In this document: piece after piece, positions 17,859 to 20,000 of the stretch
How the letters are laid out: every line of letters starts with the position of its first letter
How positions within the stretch are numbered: the first letter of the stretch is position 1
Virus record (IMG/VR): IMGVR_UViG_3300029288_000156
Reading direction: 5' to 3' (one strand)
DNA length: 20,000 nt
From: an uncultured virus (IMG/VR IMGVR_UViG_3300029288_000156)
Taxonomy: Duplodnaviria > Heunggongvirae > Uroviricota > Caudoviricetes
The notes under the pieces: generated by a model
Database searches by the model: none
Told to the model about the DNA's origin: nothing
What the model saw: only the letters and a program-made list of their open reading frames with translations
Made by a program: the position numbers and the translations under genes

Positions 17859-17933
17859 ATGTACTCCAAGATTCGCAACTGGCTGCACCGACTTTCGCCG
17901 ATGCGGTCGCTCTTTCATTCATGGAGGGACCTA

Positions 17934-18449
17934 ATGAAGAAGGAGATGCAACGAGAGCCCACTCAGAGTAATTGCAAAACCTACAAGAATCTTCTCCAAT
18001 CAATTCCTGCCAGTATCCGCTTTATGTCTGGTCGTGATTTTCAACAGATCACGGCAATAGAACGCGACAGCTTTGAATGCCCCTGGACTACTAAAGATTT
18101 CCATTCTAAACTTCACGAAGATCGTGTCGTTTGCTATGTCGTCGAGCATAATGGATTTATTGTAGCATATGCCATAATTCAATATTACAAAGATCATATT
18201 GAATTATGTAATCTAGCAGTCGATAATCACTATCGCCGGCGCAAAATAGCATCTCTCATCATTAATATGCTTAAGATTAAAGCATATCTTGAGACCAAGG
18301 CACATATTGTGGCATATGTAAGTGAATACAATTTAGGAGCACAGCTATTTCTCAGTAATAAAGATAATGGGTTTGTGGCTAAGGAGGTATTACGCGATTT
18401 TTATTCAAATGGACATAGTGCATATTATATGGAATTTAGCCTTGTTTAG
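17934..18449 (+). CDS. RimI-like GNAT N-acetyltransferase
   Basis: IRFM..RD..I.AIERDSFECPW..NLAVD..YRRRKIA..VSEYNLGAQLF..GF...VLRDFY..AYYM. Start moved from 17790 to the in-frame ATG at 17934, which has GGAGG 6 nt upstream. Confidence 0.8.
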   Translation: MKKEMQREPTQSNCKTYKNLLQSIPASIRFMSGRDFQQITAIERDSFECPWTTKDFHSKLHEDRVVCYVVEHNGFIVAYAIIQYYKDHIELCNLAVDNHYRRRKIASLIINMLKIKAYLETKAHIVAYVSEYNLGAQLFLSNKDNGFVAKEVLRDFYSNGHSAYYMEFSLV

Positions 18450-18494
18450 ACAAATATAAGACGGTCCGATAGTTATCCAAATAAGGAGCTAGTT

Positions 18495-18710
18495 ATGCCA
18501 GCAGTAAGTAAAGCGCAGCAACAGTTTATGGGCATGGTCCACAAGTATAAGAAAGAAGGCGGAAAAGCCTCTCCGGCAGTCAAGAAAGCTGCTAAGGGTA
18601 TGACCGGCAAAGCAGCCGAAGATTTCGCTTCGACGAAAACGAAGAACCTTCCGAAACACGTCAAAAAAGAATCCTTTGAGCAGAAACTAACAGCCGCCTT
18701 ATTCAGCTAG
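18495..18710 (+). CDS. DUF3008-like small basic protein
   Basis: MPAVSKAQQQFMGMVH..SPAVKKAAKGM..AEDFASTKTKNLPKHV matches the DUF3008 pattern (MPAxSKAQQ..FASTK.K.LP); AAGGAG SD. Confidence 0.75.
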   Translation: MPAVSKAQQQFMGMVHKYKKEGGKASPAVKKAAKGMTGKAAEDFASTKTKNLPKHVKKESFEQKLTAALFS

Positions 18711-18712
18711 TT

Positions 18713-19333
18713 ATGGCAGAAGATTATTGTCAGGTAATACGCGACGAATTTCAGTTGCTTGACAAGCGCAGCACGGACCAGTTAAACAATTTCTTCGTCC
18801 GCTATAGATTTTTCAGCACAGATGATTTTGCGCAAGTTTTGTCTGTGAGCGGAAAGTATATCAGAAAGCTTAAAAATAGAGCTAATCTCATACGCAATAC
18901 TTATAAGCGTCAAGTCACGAAAACTGTTAAGGTTATGCCCGACATTAAGCTTGAACCCGGTTGGGATTGTGCTGAATGGTGGCGGCATTATTATCAATTC
19001 TATGGCGTGCGGATGTTATCTAAAATCACGCATTTCAGCATTCCTACAGTATGGCGGAAGTTACGCAAACACAATATTCCTATACATCCAAAAGGAAAAA
19101 GACCATCTGCACATCCGTGTTGTAATTATGAATGGCTACATGAGCACTATGTCGAGAAGCATTGGACTATCCCGGACTGTGCTAAAGCCGCTGGTGTATC
19201 AAATGATAGTATCGCAACTTGGCTAAATCGATTCAAGATTCAAGTGAGAACAAGAAATGCTCCGAAGGTGGGCTTACCCCGGAATAGTACCGATGTGGGC
19301 GAAACTCCTTGCGTCACAGTTGGAGCAGAATGA
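18713..19333 (+). CDS. Multi-HTH DNA-binding protein
   Basis: Three HTH-like segments: STDDFAQVLSVSGKYIRKLK, GVRMLSKITHFSIPTVWRKLRKHNI and WLHEHYVEKHWTIPDCAKAAGVSNDSIATWLNRFKI. Confidence 0.7.
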   Translation: MAEDYCQVIRDEFQLLDKRSTDQLNNFFVRYRFFSTDDFAQVLSVSGKYIRKLKNRANLIRNTYKRQVTKTVKVMPDIKLEPGWDCAEWWRHYYQFYGVRMLSKITHFSIPTVWRKLRKHNIPIHPKGKRPSAHPCCNYEWLHEHYVEKHWTIPDCAKAAGVSNDSIATWLNRFKIQVRTRNAPKVGLPRNSTDVGETPCVTVGAE

Positions 19334-20000
19334 TATAGTTAAGATTGTATATCTAGAACAAACTCTTGTTCAAGCTGTCTATAAGACTGGTATTCGCGAA
19401 ACTTACAATTTTAAAATAAAAAGACGCAAGAAGCAACGACCTCCCTACCATCTCAATGTTTCCCCCAGATCGGCTGCGATACGGCATGAAATTCCTATAT
19501 TTAAAGAATTTCGCCATGATCCATTAGATGACTCGCCAACTTATCATTGGTGTATCAATCGCAACCATTTCAATGAATCGACATTATTGGAGCGGCGTAT
19601 CGCATTTCACCGGCTACTACGAGAAATTCTGAACACAAAGCCAGAACCAGATTGGTATCCCTATGAAATTTTAGAAGAAGACTGGCAGCATATCTTAAAA
19701 TATCCATCCGAGAAGTATATGCGTAATGGTGCGTTGATGTGCTTCTTATATGGTAGATCTTCGCCTTTTCATTACAGAATACTCGAACATTTCTTCAATC
19801 CTGGTGGAGATCATTCCGGTCGCATTTTATACAAGGCGTTGAGGCTAGTCTGTCGTAAGAAAAGATTGCACATAAATTCAGCAAACGTTCGAAAGGTTGC
19901 TAGATGGCATAGTAGGCGAAGAATTATTAGCCCATTGTTGTACTGCGCTTTATTTAAGGCTTTGAAAATCACTGGGCCTGTCGGCGATCTTCATCCGGGT
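19257..20000 (+). CDS. Partial ORF, possibly DNA methyltransferase-like
   Basis: Not in the ORF track. Frame is open from 19248 (ATG at 19257 and 19293) to the window end. It ends IISPLLYCALFKALKITGPVGDLHPG, resembling the lead-in to a SAM-binding motif I (V-x-D-x-x-x-G). Confidence 0.55.
   Translation, partial: MLRRWAYPGIVPMWAKLLASQLEQNDIVKIVYLEQTLVQAVYKTGIRETYNFKIKRRKKQRPPYHLNVSPRSAAIRHEIPIFKEFRHDPLDDSPTYHWCINRNHFNESTLLERRIAFHRLLREILNTKPEPDWYPYEILEEDWQHILKYPSEKYMRNGALMCFLYGRSSPFHYRILEHFFNPGGDHSGRILYKALRLVCRKKRLHINSANVRKVARWHSRRRIISPLLYCALFKALKITGPVGDLHPG

Noticed and set aside
17790..17933. N-terminal extension of the GNAT ORF as given in the track
   Set aside because: It overlaps the upstream gene and contains a promoter-like sequence; a better SD-supported ATG lies at 17934.
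2917..19226. Short antisense or alternate-frame ORFs in the track (e.g. 4209..4550, 5865..6146, 7780..8250, 16971..17303)
   Set aside because: They shadow longer, motif-bearing genes. The recurring MLLLYLW peptides are just the antisense reading of the blade repeat.
1..20000. Alternative genetic code (stop-codon reassignment as in some large phages); tRNA or rRNA genes
   Set aside because: Long ORFs tile the window in the standard code using TAA, TAG and TGA as stops. Intergenic gaps are short and show no cloverleaf or rRNA-like sequence.

Overview
Gene-dense fragment with no intact cellular housekeeping genes that looks like a large (jumbo/huge) tailed-phage genome in the standard genetic code. 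The left arm (minus strand, 1-11976) is a virion tail/receptor-binding region. It holds three tandem paralogous 7-blade beta-propeller proteins that share N- and C-terminal caps and carry 0, 1 or 2 DUF2341+LamG (ConA-like lectin) cassettes in inter-blade loops. The paralogs are flanked by two paralogous tail-collar-like genes, and the arm also has a small beta-rich protein, a 574-aa putative structural protein and a Zn-ribbon/Vsr-DUF559-nuclease/Mom-like fusion. The right arm (plus strand, 12039-20000) has a two-domain glycosyltransferase-like gene, putative head/tail proteins, a membrane protein, a NUMOD3/TnsA-like free-standing endonuclease whose RBS lies in a GNRA hairpin, a RimI-like GNAT acetyltransferase, a DUF3008-like protein, an HTH protein and a truncated ORF ending in a methyltransferase-like motif. 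The most notable signal is the modular propeller-scaffold plus lectin-cassette system, with DNA-level evidence of exchange among paralogs. All family assignments come from recognising motifs by eye, not from database searches.
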